A model generated the notes under the pieces. That model was not told the DNA's origin and did not search any database. It saw only the letters and a list, made by a program, of their open reading frames with translations. A stretch of 64,000 nucleotides of DNA from Alphaproteobacteria bacterium. Lineage in GTDB: Bacteria; Pseudomonadota; Alphaproteobacteria; MPNO01; UBA2964. This document shows positions 18,560 through 28,787 of this stretch, piece by piece. The position numbers and the translations under genes are program-made. The stretch's first letter is position 1; each line of letters opens with the position of its first letter. The DNA lies in contig WLWZ01000016.1 in assembly GCA_012103315.1 (NCBI GenBank), forward strand, positions 6,288 to 70,287, written 5' to 3'.

Positions 18560-19690
18560 ATGACACCGAAGATTGAACGATTTCTTATCGAGCGGAAGCC
18601 AGACACTCCTTGTTTGGTTGTTGATCTCGATGTTGTCTCGGCGAATTTTCAGCATCTTGCTGATGAGTTGCCCGGTGTCGATATTTATTATGCCGTTAAG
18701 GCCAATCCGGCAGAGCCTATTTTGACGCGGTTGCGCGATCTAGGTAGTCATTTTGACACTGCGAGTATTTATGAGATCGATCAATGCCTGGCACTCGGTA
18801 TCGCGCCGAACCGGCTTTCATTTGGTCATACGGTAAAAAAAAAGAGACATATCAACCGGGCGTTTGATGCGGGTATCCGTCAGTTCGCATTCGACAGCAT
18901 AGATGAGTTGGAAAAGCTTTCGAGAGCGGCGCCTGGTGCTTTCGTGTTTTGCCGCTTCCTGACGTCGAACGATGGGGCTGATTGGCCGCTTTCCGACAAA
19001 TTTGGCTGCGAGCCAAACTACGCTGCAGATTTATTGTGTCGTGCGGCTGATATGGGCCTTGTGCCGTCAGGCGTTTCTTTCCATATCGGGTCACAGCAAC
19101 GTAACGCTGATTCCTGGGACTCTGCCATATTCATCGCCGCTAATATTTTCTCTAAAGTGGCTGATCGGGGCTTGGAGCTTTCGTTACTCAATATCGGCGG
19201 TGGGTTTCCGTCACGCTATCGGACGCCGATGAGCGAGTTGCCCATTCATACCGCTGCTATCAAACAAAGTTTGCAACACCGCTTTGGGGACAATCAACCA
19301 CAGATCATTGTTGAGCCGGGGCGCTATATCCCCGGTGATGCCGGGATTATTCAAAGCGAGGTCGTTTTGGTTTCGCGTAAGTCACCTGATGCAGAAAAAC
19401 GATGGGTCTATTTAGATATTGGAAAATTCGGCGGGTTACCTGAAGTTCTTGATGAGGCGATCCAATATCGCATACGGACGCCACATGATGGAGGCAAGAC
19501 GGGCCCAGTTGTGCTCGCCGGTCCAACCTGCGATGAGGTTGACGTTATTTACGACGCAGCCGCCTACGAACTGCCCTTGGATTTAGGGAGCGGTGACCGC
19601 ATTGAGATACTGAGCGCTGGCGCATATACCGCGAGTTATTCGTCGGTTGGGTTTAATGGCTTCCCACCCCTGAAAGAGTATTATATCTGA
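18560..19690 (+). CDS. Type III PLP-dependent ornithine/lysine decarboxylase (Orn/DAP/Arg decarboxylase family 2)
   Basis: 376 aa. YAVKAN PLP-lysine motif and GGG glycine loop, with a C-terminal beta-sandwich domain. Confidence 0.8.
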   Translation: MTPKIERFLIERKPDTPCLVVDLDVVSANFQHLADELPGVDIYYAVKANPAEPILTRLRDLGSHFDTASIYEIDQCLALGIAPNRLSFGHTVKKKRHINRAFDAGIRQFAFDSIDELEKLSRAAPGAFVFCRFLTSNDGADWPLSDKFGCEPNYAADLLCRAADMGLVPSGVSFHIGSQQRNADSWDSAIFIAANIFSKVADRGLELSLLNIGGGFPSRYRTPMSELPIHTAAIKQSLQHRFGDNQPQIIVEPGRYIPGDAGIIQSEVVLVSRKSPDAEKRWVYLDIGKFGGLPEVLDEAIQYRIRTPHDGGKTGPVVLAGPTCDEVDVIYDAAAYELPLDLGSGDRIEILSAGAYTASYSSVGFNGFPPLKEYYI

Positions 19691-19707
19691 ACGTGGGTCG
19701 GCTTATT

Positions 19708-19727
19708 TAGGGCCCTAGGGCTTTTTG
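19708..19727 (+). terminator. Weak terminator candidate after the decarboxylase gene
   Basis: GGCCCTAGGGC short palindrome followed by TTTTT. Confidence 0.3.
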
Positions 19728-19750
19728 AATTTTAACAGGAACCAGAACGG

Positions 19751-20401
19751 ATGATGAAACTATACGGGTATTTTCGGTCTTCGGCGGCTTTTAGAGTACG
19801 TATCGCCCTCAATCTGAAAGGCCTTGAATATGATACGGAGCTTGTGAATCTGTCGACAGGTGACCATCTTTCTGACGATTTTAGACGCATCAATCCGCAG
19901 GGCCGAGTTCCTGCCTTGGTCGTTGATGGAAACGTTCTATTACAGTCGCCAGCAATTATGGAATATTTGGAGGAAACTAATCCAACCCCGGCTTTATTGC
20001 CAAAGGGTCCTGAGGCGCGGGTACGGGTCCGGGCGATTGCGAACATTGTGGCTTGCGATATTCATCCCCTCAATAATCTTGCTATTCTCAACTATTTATC
20101 TGGCCCGCTGGCCGCGAGCGACGACCAAAAAACAACTTGGTATCGACACTGGGTTGCCGAAGGTTTTAACGCCGTTGAGCCTTTGCTCGCCGGAAGTTCG
20201 GATACCGGTAAATTTTGCCATGGAGATATACCAGGAATAGCTGATATCTGTTTGGTGCCGCAGGTGTTCAATGCGCAGCGATTTGGTTGTGATTTGTCCG
20301 CCTATCCGACGATAGAACGAGTCTTCTCAGCCTGCATGGAGCATGAAGCATTTGACGCTGCCCAACCATCCAAGCAGCCGGAAGCAGCCAATATTGCTTA
20401 A
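19751..20401 (+). CDS. maiA: Maleylacetoacetate isomerase (GST zeta)
   Basis: 216 aa; KLYGYFRSSAAFRVRIALNLKG start. Confidence 0.8.
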   Translation: MMKLYGYFRSSAAFRVRIALNLKGLEYDTELVNLSTGDHLSDDFRRINPQGRVPALVVDGNVLLQSPAIMEYLEETNPTPALLPKGPEARVRVRAIANIVACDIHPLNNLAILNYLSGPLAASDDQKTTWYRHWVAEGFNAVEPLLAGSSDTGKFCHGDIPGIADICLVPQVFNAQRFGCDLSAYPTIERVFSACMEHEAFDAAQPSKQPEAANIA

Positions 20402-20443
20402 GTGAAATTCTCGCGATGCTGATTTGACGTAATCAGAATAAAG

Positions 20444-21796
20444 CTATTTCTTGCGGTCGATCTCGTTCTTGATATCTTGCGCCCGTAACCAGCTTGGCGT
20501 ACCAACTTTGAGGATTTTCAAGGCCCGTTCAACCTGAACCCGCGCCAACTGTTTTCGGCCAATTAAGACGTTATATTCTGCCAGAGACCAGGCCGAGAGA
20601 CCGAACTGCTTTTTACGTCCATAAGCAGTTCCGGCCAGGCGCCAGGCGAGTGGCATGAAACGTTCGACCCGTAATGCCTCCTTGATGTTGGCCAATGCCA
20701 GGTCATTGAGCTCTGGCTGATTCATCTCGAGAATAACGTGAGCAAGACTGGTTCTGATGAGCGGTGCATCGGGTAAAAGACGAACCGCTTTCTGATAACT
20801 CTTCATCGCTTCTTTTAAGCGTCCGTTTTCGAAAAGCATTTGTGCTTTAAGCTCGACGAAATAGGGGTTTTTCGGAAAATCAGAGATCAGCGACTCTATA
20901 AGTGGCAAAGCTTTGCTAAGTTCAGCGAGCCGATAGGTTGCGATGGCGCGGGCATAACGGGCGGGGATTGACGTATCATTTGCTTTGTATTTTTCGAGTG
21001 TTCTTTCAGGCGCATCGAGAAAGCCATCCAGTTTGGCAACCAGCCGCAAATGTCTTTCAACAAATTGTGGTGGAAGCTTTTTGTTCGTCGCCGGCGATTT
21101 TGCGACATGATTCTCCATAAAACTGATCCGGGACCGGGTCAGCGGATGACTTCGTATATATGGATCCTGGTTAGAGGTTTGGAGAAATTCTTGCCCCGAT
21201 AAAATATTCAGAAACTCAAGGAGCCCCTTTCCGGAAATTCCAACACGGTCCAAATATCGTGCCGCCGCCTGGTCGGCTGATTGTTCTTGGCCTCGGCTAT
21301 AATTTAGAAATGATCGACCAGCGACATGCTGACCTCCTGAAATGATTGCAGCAGCACCCGCTGGGTTCTGAGCGAGCGCGCCAACGGCTAGTCCCAATAT
21401 TTGTGTTATAAAGGCTGCTTTTCCGGCTCTTTCGATGGCGCTGTGGAGTCGCGCAAGGTGCCCCCCAGCAATATGCCCGATTTCATGAGCCATAACCCCG
21501 AGAACCTGACCGGCATTTTTGCTTCGCCTCAGCAGGCCGGTGGTTAGAAACAACCTTTGACCGCGCGCAACGAAGGCGTTTAACGCGGAGTCCCTGACTA
21601 TGTGGATGCTAAAGGCCTCATCTTCGAGGCCTGCTGCGGTCAGGAGTGGCGCTGCATAGATGCGAATGGTAGTTTCAATTTCAGTATCGCGGATTAGGGG
21701 AACGGCTTCTGCTCTTGATAATCCCGGTCCTGTAAGGCACACAGTTGCTAGAAAGTGTATGCCTAAGATTGGAAGAATGGATTTGCGTATTTGCAC
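20444..21796 (-). CDS. M48 family metallopeptidase with TPR repeats (BepA-like), secreted
   Basis: 450 aa; signal peptide; HEIGH zinc motif (MAHEIGHIAGGH); C-terminal TPR repeats. Confidence 0.8.
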   Translation of the reverse strand: MQIRKSILPILGIHFLATVCLTGPGLSRAEAVPLIRDTEIETTIRIYAAPLLTAAGLEDEAFSIHIVRDSALNAFVARGQRLFLTTGLLRRSKNAGQVLGVMAHEIGHIAGGHLARLHSAIERAGKAAFITQILGLAVGALAQNPAGAAAIISGGQHVAGRSFLNYSRGQEQSADQAAARYLDRVGISGKGLLEFLNILSGQEFLQTSNQDPYIRSHPLTRSRISFMENHVAKSPATNKKLPPQFVERHLRLVAKLDGFLDAPERTLEKYKANDTSIPARYARAIATYRLAELSKALPLIESLISDFPKNPYFVELKAQMLFENGRLKEAMKSYQKAVRLLPDAPLIRTSLAHVILEMNQPELNDLALANIKEALRVERFMPLAWRLAGTAYGRKKQFGLSAWSLAEYNVLIGRKQLARVQVERALKILKVGTPSWLRAQDIKNEIDRKK

Positions 21797-21812
21797 AGTC
21801 AGTGTCCCCAGG

Positions 21813-23312
21813 ATGAATGGGAAAAGTAGGTACGGTAGGGCGCTGCGTCAATGTATCAGCGCTGCTGCTATTATGTTTATCGCGGCTTGTTCGGGAAGCG
21901 ACCCCGAACCCGTAGGGACAGTTGGTCATCTTAAATCTTATTTTGGGGGAGTAGCCGCTGACGAGGCGCGGGCGGCGCTTGTCGGTAGAGATGCTCTCTC
22001 CGCAGGTGGCTCTTCTGCTGATGCGGCCATTTCTATGGCCTTCGCCCTGATGGTCAGTCGACCTGATGCTGCGGGCCCAGGCGGAGGAGGCGTTTGCGTT
22101 CATTACGACAATACGACGAATAAAGCTGAGACTTTGGAATTTTTCCCTCAATTGCCAATTGCGGTCCCTCCAAAAGGACGTTGGCCAGCTGTTGTTCCTG
22201 GGAGCTTTCGTGGCTTGTTTGCCTTGCATGCTCGCTATGGAAAACTCAGATGGGAGCAGCTCGTGCAACCTGCAGAGCGAGCAGCTCGGTTTGGTTGGCC
22301 CGTTTCAAAAGGATTGTTGGCGGCCATCAGGGAACATGGTGGCAAGGCCATCAAAGACGTTCGTACCCAGAAGTTGTTTTCCGATTCCAAAGGAAAAATT
22401 TTGTCAGCAGGGCAGAACATCGAACAATTTGGGCTCGCAGGAACACTCGGTATAATTCGAGGCGTTGGGCCAGGAGATTTTTATTCGGGTCGTCTCGCGA
22501 AGGTTTATCTTGATGGTGTCAAAGAGGCCGGTGGTTGGCTGACCATTGATGATCTCCGTTCCTACCGGCCGGTCTGGAAAAAAACCGTACAAGCAGAAGC
22601 CGGAAACCATATTTTACATTTCCCATTTTCCAAGGCGTTAGGGACCGAACTCACTTTTGGTATCTGGGAACAGATCGGAAATAAAAGAGGGTTTTCGTCA
22701 TCTTCTGCGGCCGGTAAGGCTGCGTTGTTGGCCGCGGCAACACGGAATGTCGGTGGTGCGGGGGGAGCTGAATGGGCTGGTAGCGGTGGATCGGCAGGCC
22801 TTTTCGCGATTGATAGCGCTGGCAACGCGACGTCTTGTGTTTTGACAATGAACCGTCCCTTCGGCAAGGGCGTTACGGCGGGTGAGACTGGCGTTATTCA
22901 GGCTGCACCGGTAGCTGCCGGGACAGGCTTGAATATTGCGCCGGTTATTATGGCTAATCACAACGTGTCACAGGCGTACCTTGCCGCGACAGCGGCGAGA
23001 GACCGATATGCTGGGGTAGCACTCGCATCAACACTTATGCACCTGCTTGATGGCAAAACGCTCCTGGAAGACGCGCTTGCCAAACCACGTTATGCACCCG
23101 GTGTCGGCGCCGCGGATATATTGATTGAGCAGTCTCTACCAAAGAACCTTCAAGACGGGTTAGTTCGCAAGGGGCTTCAGCTTTATACGCGAAAAAGCAT
23201 CGGTCAAATTAACCTTATGTATTGCGACCGCGGAATCGTTATTCGCCCGGCAAACTGTGTCGTCCGAACGGACCCGCGAACCGCCGCCTATGGTGTTAAT
23301 TCGGAGCTTTGA
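21813..23312 (+). CDS. Gamma-glutamyltransferase family protein (lipoprotein)
   Basis: The track ORF starts at 21660 inside the convergent M48 gene. The in-frame ATG at 21813 gives a lipobox (FIAACSG). The body matches the GGT family (GGGGVCVHYD...). Confidence 0.65.
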   Translation: MNGKSRYGRALRQCISAAAIMFIAACSGSDPEPVGTVGHLKSYFGGVAADEARAALVGRDALSAGGSSADAAISMAFALMVSRPDAAGPGGGGVCVHYDNTTNKAETLEFFPQLPIAVPPKGRWPAVVPGSFRGLFALHARYGKLRWEQLVQPAERAARFGWPVSKGLLAAIREHGGKAIKDVRTQKLFSDSKGKILSAGQNIEQFGLAGTLGIIRGVGPGDFYSGRLAKVYLDGVKEAGGWLTIDDLRSYRPVWKKTVQAEAGNHILHFPFSKALGTELTFGIWEQIGNKRGFSSSSAAGKAALLAAATRNVGGAGGAEWAGSGGSAGLFAIDSAGNATSCVLTMNRPFGKGVTAGETGVIQAAPVAAGTGLNIAPVIMANHNVSQAYLAATAARDRYAGVALASTLMHLLDGKTLLEDALAKPRYAPGVGAADILIEQSLPKNLQDGLVRKGLQLYTRKSIGQINLMYCDRGIVIRPANCVVRTDPRTAAYGVNSEL

Positions 23313-23315
23313 TCC

Positions 23316-24473
23316 ATGGCGTTAAAGGTTTCCAAGCGCGGAGAAATTCCGCCATTTATTGTCATGGACGTTTTACGGGCGGCCAATCAGCGCCAGGCGG
23401 AGGGGAAAGACGTCCTCCATCTTGAACTAGGGCAACCAGCAACCGGCGCTCCAGCCGCCGTTATATCTACTGCCCATCAGATGCTCGACAATGATTTGCT
23501 GGGCTACACCGAAGCATTTGGCATCCTGTCTGTCCGTCAACGGATATCGGAATATTATACGCAACTACATGGCGTCAGCGTGGACCCTGAACGCATTGTG
23601 ATAACAACTGGGTCATCTGGCGGGTTTGTACTGGCATTTACGGCAGCCTTTGATATCGGTGACCGGGTCGCCATAGCAGACCCCGGCTATCCGGGGTCAC
23701 GCAATATTTTACTTGGGCTTGGAATAGAGCCGGTACTCGTGCCGACGGGACCCGAAACACGGTTCCAGCCGACTCCTGAATTATTGGATAAGGTCGATGG
23801 CAATCTTGATGGGTTGATCATTGCCAGCCCATCGAATCCGACCGGAACGATGTTGGGTGCAGATGAATTGCAGGCACTCAGTGCATATTGTCGGGATCGT
23901 GGCATTCGGTTGATCTCTGACGAGATCTATCACGGGATAACCTATGAACAATCGGGTGTCTCTGCATTGCGGTTTGATGAGAACGCCGTCGCGATAAATA
24001 GTTTCTCAAAATATTTTTCAATGACTGGCTGGCGCGTTGGCTGGATGGTTGTGCCAACCGATCTTCTTCGAAGCATTGAATGCTTGGCGCAAAACCTCTT
24101 TATTTCAGCGCCGACACTTTCTCAATATGGCGCTGGCGCCGCGTTTGATTGTACTGACGAGCTTGACGCAAACGTGGCGCGGTACGCTGAAAACCGTCGA
24201 ATCTTGCTTTCCGGTTTGCCTAAGGCGGGGTTTGACCGTTTAGCGCCGGTTGATGGCGCTTTTTATATTTATGCGGATATTTCTGGTTTGACGAATGACA
24301 GCGAAACGTTTTGTCGTCGCATGCTGGAAGATACAGGTGTGGCTGTGACACCGGGTACGGACTTTGATCAAGGACGCGGCAGTGCCTATATCCGCTTCTC
24401 ATTCTCGGGCCCGACAGCCAGTGTTACTGAAGCCGCAGAGCGGTTACAGCACTGGATGACAAAGACTGGCTAG
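23316..24473 (+). CDS. Pyridoxal-phosphate-dependent aminotransferase (class I/II)
   Basis: 385 aa. SFSKYFSMTGWRVGW PLP-lysine region. Lies 4 nt after the GGT-like gene. Confidence 0.8.
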   Translation: MALKVSKRGEIPPFIVMDVLRAANQRQAEGKDVLHLELGQPATGAPAAVISTAHQMLDNDLLGYTEAFGILSVRQRISEYYTQLHGVSVDPERIVITTGSSGGFVLAFTAAFDIGDRVAIADPGYPGSRNILLGLGIEPVLVPTGPETRFQPTPELLDKVDGNLDGLIIASPSNPTGTMLGADELQALSAYCRDRGIRLISDEIYHGITYEQSGVSALRFDENAVAINSFSKYFSMTGWRVGWMVVPTDLLRSIECLAQNLFISAPTLSQYGAGAAFDCTDELDANVARYAENRRILLSGLPKAGFDRLAPVDGAFYIYADISGLTNDSETFCRRMLEDTGVAVTPGTDFDQGRGSAYIRFSFSGPTASVTEAAERLQHWMTKTG

Positions 24474-24485
24474 GGGCACCACAGA

Positions 24486-27020
24486 TTATTGTGTGATGCG
24501 TTGCCACCAGCCGCGCTTCGGCGATGCCTCTGAATTCTCGGCCGGTTCTGCCGCACCGCCGGAGCTCTCTGATTTAGGTTCCGTTACGGCTTCGGGTTTA
24601 CTCTCAGATGCTGCAACAACGGGTGCGTTCGCACTTGCCCCCGTGTCCGTGTCTGTCGACGGCGTAGAGGACGAGGAGTCTCCGGTATTCGCGGAATCAT
24701 CGTTGTTGCTATCTGTGGATTGATCGCTGGCTTTGTTCTCATCTGAGGCATCTGTACGGGGTGTACGTTGATTGCGGCGGCGACCTCCCCGTCGCCCGCG
24801 TCTACGGCGACGCGGTGCGGCTTTTTCATCGCTCGCCTCGCTATTGGCCTCAGAGCTTTCTGCAGGTGAGGTGTCTGCGCTTTGTTCACTAGGAGTGCCT
24901 GCGGTGACGTTTTCGTCACTATTTTGTTTAGCATCATCGTTGTTCTTACGACGTCGTCTTGGACGTCGTTTGCGTGTGTTTTCCTTCGGTGCGCTGTCTG
25001 TGTCATCGGTTGAACTGTCGTTTGATGGTTCAATGACAACAGCATCACGAACAATCTCTTCGGTTTCCCCGGTAGCAGAACGACCCTGTAGTCGTTCGAG
25101 CCGCATGTCAGGTGGAACCAGACTGTTATCGCCGAGTACGTTGACGCGAAAATTGTACCGACCCTCAATTTGGGTCAATGAATCGCGTTTCTGATTGAGG
25201 ATGTAGAGAGCGATGGCTGTTGGGACCGTCACTGCAATTTCGCTGCTGCGATTCCGAATACCTTCTTCTTCTACAGACCGAAGGACATGTACTGCGGTTG
25301 ATTCGGTAGACCGCACGTAACCGGTCCCCTCACAATGTACACAGGTCTCCGTACTATTCTCGACAATACTTGGCCGCATACGTTGTCTAGACAACTCGAA
25401 TAATCCGAAATTGCTTATCCGTCCGAGTTGAATACGGGCACGGTCGGTTTTAACAGCTTCCTTAAGGCGTCGTTCAACGCCACGCTGATTACGAGACACG
25501 TCCATATCGATAAAATCGATAACAATTAGACCCGCGAGATCGCGTAGACGGAGTTGGCGTCCCACTTCGCTGGCTGCTTCAAGGTTTGTTTTATAGGCAG
25601 TTTCCTCGATATTTCGTTCGCGAGTTGAACGCCCGGAATTGACGTCGATTGCGACCAACGCTTCGGTCGGGTTAATAACGATGTAGCCGCCAGACTTCAG
25701 CTGTACGATTGGGCTGTGCATCGACTCCAGCTGGGTTTCAACTTGATAGCGATGATAAAGAGGTATCGTTTCGTCGCGGTAAGGTTGAACGCGTTTTGCA
25801 TGACTAGGCATCATCATCCGCATCAGCTTTTTAGCGGCGGTGTAGGCGTCATTGCCTTCAACAAGAATTTCTTCAATTTCTCGAGTATACAAATCGCGGA
25901 TAGCGCGTTTGATCAGGTCACCTTCTTCGTAAACCAGAGCTGGGGCAGCTGATTGCAAAGTCAGTTCACGAACGTTTTCCCAGAGGCGAGTCAAGTAATC
26001 GAAGTCACGTTTGATCTCAGACTTATTTCGCTCCATTCCGGCGGTGCGCATAATGACGCCCATACCCTCTGATACGTTCAAATTCTTCAGCAAATCCCGT
26101 AGCCGCCGGCGGTCTGCCGAGCTTGTGATCTTGCGGGAAACACCACCGCCACTGCGGGAAGTATTAGGCATCAATACGCAGTAGCGCCCGGCGAGTGACA
26201 TATAGGTCGTTAGGGCGGCGCCCTTGTTGCCGCGTTCTTCTTTGACGACCTGGACCAGTAATATCTGCCGCCGCTTGATAACTTCCTGAATTTTATAGCG
26301 GCGCATCGGATTTTCGCGGCGCTCGGATTTCTTAGCTTTGCTTTTACCCTCGGGGGCAGCGGCTTCCTCTGCGTCTGCCGTTTCTTTTGTATCAGCAGTA
26401 TCTACCGTTTCGGCACCTTCAGAGCTGTCTTCGGAGGCTTCGTCCGAACCACTATCGTCATCTGCCGTAGGCTCTGCATCACTTTCAGCAGGAGTGTCCT
26501 CAGATGTTTCTTCTTCTTCTGCGGTAGAAACGTCTTCGTCAGTCGTGTCCTCTGCTGACTGTTCAGCATCGCTATCATCGTCTGACGTTACACTCTCTTC
26601 AGTAGCGATAGCATCGGTCTCTTCAGTAGCGATAGCATCGGTCGCTTCTTCGTTGTCGTCGATGTCTCCGTCAACGTCGACATCGCCATCGATTTCGTCG
26701 ATGTGAGCCTGGGCTGCTGAGGCATTCGCTTCAAATTGGGCGACATCGCGTTTTAGCGCTTCACGGTCCTCCACAGGGATTTGATAGTAGTCGGGGTGAA
26801 TTTCGCTGAAGGCCAGGAAACCATGGCGGTTTCCGCCGTAATCGACAAAGGCCGCCTGAAGCGACGGTTCAACGCGCGTTACTTTAGCGAGATAGATATT
26901 GCCTTTGAGTTGGGTTTTAGTCGACGTTTCGACATCGTATTCATCAAGTCGATTGCCGTTCGTGATCACCACCCGAAGTTCTTCTGGATGGGTACCATCA
27001 ATTAACATTCGTTTCGTCAT
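24486..27020 (-). CDS. rne: Ribonuclease E
   Basis: N-terminal catalytic domain (MTKRMLIDG..., S1 domain, DNase I-like) followed by a long acidic/Arg-rich disordered C-terminal half. The start is placed at the internal ATG at 27020 rather than the track start at 27065. Confidence 0.9.
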   Translation of the reverse strand: MTKRMLIDGTHPEELRVVITNGNRLDEYDVETSTKTQLKGNIYLAKVTRVEPSLQAAFVDYGGNRHGFLAFSEIHPDYYQIPVEDREALKRDVAQFEANASAAQAHIDEIDGDVDVDGDIDDNEEATDAIATEETDAIATEESVTSDDDSDAEQSAEDTTDEDVSTAEEEETSEDTPAESDAEPTADDDSGSDEASEDSSEGAETVDTADTKETADAEEAAAPEGKSKAKKSERRENPMRRYKIQEVIKRRQILLVQVVKEERGNKGAALTTYMSLAGRYCVLMPNTSRSGGGVSRKITSSADRRRLRDLLKNLNVSEGMGVIMRTAGMERNKSEIKRDFDYLTRLWENVRELTLQSAAPALVYEEGDLIKRAIRDLYTREIEEILVEGNDAYTAAKKLMRMMMPSHAKRVQPYRDETIPLYHRYQVETQLESMHSPIVQLKSGGYIVINPTEALVAIDVNSGRSTRERNIEETAYKTNLEAASEVGRQLRLRDLAGLIVIDFIDMDVSRNQRGVERRLKEAVKTDRARIQLGRISNFGLFELSRQRMRPSIVENSTETCVHCEGTGYVRSTESTAVHVLRSVEEEGIRNRSSEIAVTVPTAIALYILNQKRDSLTQIEGRYNFRVNVLGDNSLVPPDMRLERLQGRSATGETEEIVRDAVVIEPSNDSSTDDTDSAPKENTRKRRPRRRRKNNDDAKQNSDENVTAGTPSEQSADTSPAESSEANSEASDEKAAPRRRRRGRRGGRRRNQRTPRTDASDENKASDQSTDSNNDDSANTGDSSSSTPSTDTDTGASANAPVVAASESKPEAVTEPKSESSGGAAEPAENSEASPKRGWWQRITQ
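26607..26654. repeat. 2 x 24-nt perfect tandem repeat inside the rne acidic tail (encodes TDAIATEE twice)
   Basis: tcttcagtagcgatagcatcggtc is repeated exactly twice in tandem. Confidence 0.8.
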
Positions 27021-27423
27021 AGAAACTGTATCTCCACGGTCGATGCAAACAGCCCGTGCGAACATCGGGCGGCATCAGACCGCTGTTATTCGAAGCCGGC
27101 GGCGCCTGCGTCAACCCAACTTCTAATTAGAAAACCGGTTACGGCTTTTCCAAGGGGGACGCGCTTATGCGGCCGCTGCGAGCTTCAAGTTTCTCCAAAA
27201 TAACCGTGAAATCAAAGCGCAAGCGCACGGGTCGTAACAGCATTTTGCCGTCTCGCCCGATTGTCGCGCTCCCAACCAAACAGTCTTTGTCGGTCAGATG
27301 CACACGGCCGTTCGCAACGTTGTAAGGATACGCCCCACGAACAAATACTACAATCAGTATCTTGACCGAGCGATCAGCGAAGATTGATCGGCGGATTTCT
27401 CAGGCTATGGTATCGTATATTGA

Positions 27424-28722
27424 TTGATGTTTCGGTCGAATAACCCTATATCTGGCGGCGCCATGGCAATGAGCCACAATATGTTCGGTATTCGAAAAAT
27501 CTATAGTCAACTTGGGTTAGTGGTGTTGTTGTTGGGCGCGCTTCTGGGAAACGCGTCGGCGATGCCGGTCGTCGACTCAGTGAGAATTGGTGATTATTCC
27601 GAAAAAACCCGATTTGTTATGGAGTTTGACAAACCCGTTAAATTCAACGTTTTTACGCTGGGTTCGCCTTATCGGGTTGTCATCGAGCTCCCGGAAGTAA
27701 CCTGGAAGATAAAGCCAAACGCTGTTCCTAGGGGCAAACGCATCACCGGCTATCGATTCGGGCTCTTTAGGCCCGGTCAATCACGGGTCGTCATTGACCT
27801 TAAGTCGCCAATTAAGGTCTCCAGGTCTTTTGCGCTGCCACCGAATAGTAAAAGCGGACATCGATTGGTTTTCGACATTGCGGAGGTATCTCCAGCCGTT
27901 TTCTCCGCGTTGCAGAAACGGCGACCTGTAACTCGATCTCCCGTGCCCCCACCCACACCAAAAGTCGCCCCTGTGGTAAGAGCACCATTTCCGCCGGTTA
28001 AGAAACCTAAACAGCGTCGCAAAGCGCAACGCCGTATAATTGTTCTTGATCCAGGTCATGGTGGAATCGACCCCGGTGCCCGCGGGCGCAGGGGAACTCA
28101 GGAGAAAAAACTCGTCCTCAATCAGGCGAAAGAGTTACGGCGCCAATTGTTAGCCACTGGGCGTTATCGTGTTGTTATGACCCGGTCACGCGATATCTTT
28201 GTAAGATTGCGTGAGAGAATAGCGATTGCTCAGCGGGCTGGCGGGGATCTGTTTATTTCTCTCCATGCAGACTCAATCGGTAACCGGCATGTTCGCGGCG
28301 GGTCGGTTTATACTCTGTCGGAGCGGGCATCGGATAAAGAGGCGGAAGCCCTGGCGCGTCGCGAGAATAAATCCGACATTATTGCGGGCGTTGATTTAAA
28401 CGACCAAAGCAAGACGGTTGCTAAGATCCTCATCGATTTGCGTCAACGGTTGACCAAGAATGATTCCGTCGCTTTTGCAAAAACACTGGTTAACCAACTT
28501 AGTAAAAAGACCCGCATGTTGCGACGTAAACACCGGTTTGCCGGATTCGCAGTTCTTAAAGGGCCCGAGATACCTTCTGTTTTGATCGAAATGGGGTATC
28601 TGTCCAACGTCCAGGATGAGCAGCTGCTGCGCCGATCCTCTCATAGGCGTAAGATTGCTAGCGCGATTGTCCGAGCAATTGATAGTTATTTTTCTCGCCA
28701 ACAGGCTTTAAGACAGCCATAA
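27424..28722 (+). CDS. N-acetylmuramoyl-L-alanine amidase (AMIN domain + Amidase_3, AmiC-like)
   Basis: Signal peptide; Pro-rich linker; VLDPGHGG...LFISLHAD amidase_3 motifs. The start is ambiguous among several Met codons. Confidence 0.85.
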   Translation: MMFRSNNPISGGAMAMSHNMFGIRKIYSQLGLVVLLLGALLGNASAMPVVDSVRIGDYSEKTRFVMEFDKPVKFNVFTLGSPYRVVIELPEVTWKIKPNAVPRGKRITGYRFGLFRPGQSRVVIDLKSPIKVSRSFALPPNSKSGHRLVFDIAEVSPAVFSALQKRRPVTRSPVPPPTPKVAPVVRAPFPPVKKPKQRRKAQRRIIVLDPGHGGIDPGARGRRGTQEKKLVLNQAKELRRQLLATGRYRVVMTRSRDIFVRLRERIAIAQRAGGDLFISLHADSIGNRHVRGGSVYTLSERASDKEAEALARRENKSDIIAGVDLNDQSKTVAKILIDLRQRLTKNDSVAFAKTLVNQLSKKTRMLRRKHRFAGFAVLKGPEIPSVLIEMGYLSNVQDEQLLRRSSHRRKIASAIVRAIDSYFSRQQALRQP

Positions 28723-28787
28723 AACGGCCAATATCTGATAGTGTACTGGATTTATCGAGAGCCGGCTGGGTCTGGCGATAGAGTTGG

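Noticed and set aside
21660-21812. Track start of the GGT-like ORF at 21660, overlapping the convergent M48 peptidase gene by about 135 nt
   Set aside because: The overlap is implausible. The in-frame ATG at 21813 gives a lipoprotein signal (FIAACSG), so the N-terminal extension is treated as spurious.
26338-26706. 122-aa Ser-rich plus-strand ORF and other long antisense ORFs (e.g. 24584..25168, 24772..25194)
   Set aside because: They lie antisense to the low-complexity GA-rich acidic-tail coding region of rne, which generates long open frames by composition alone.
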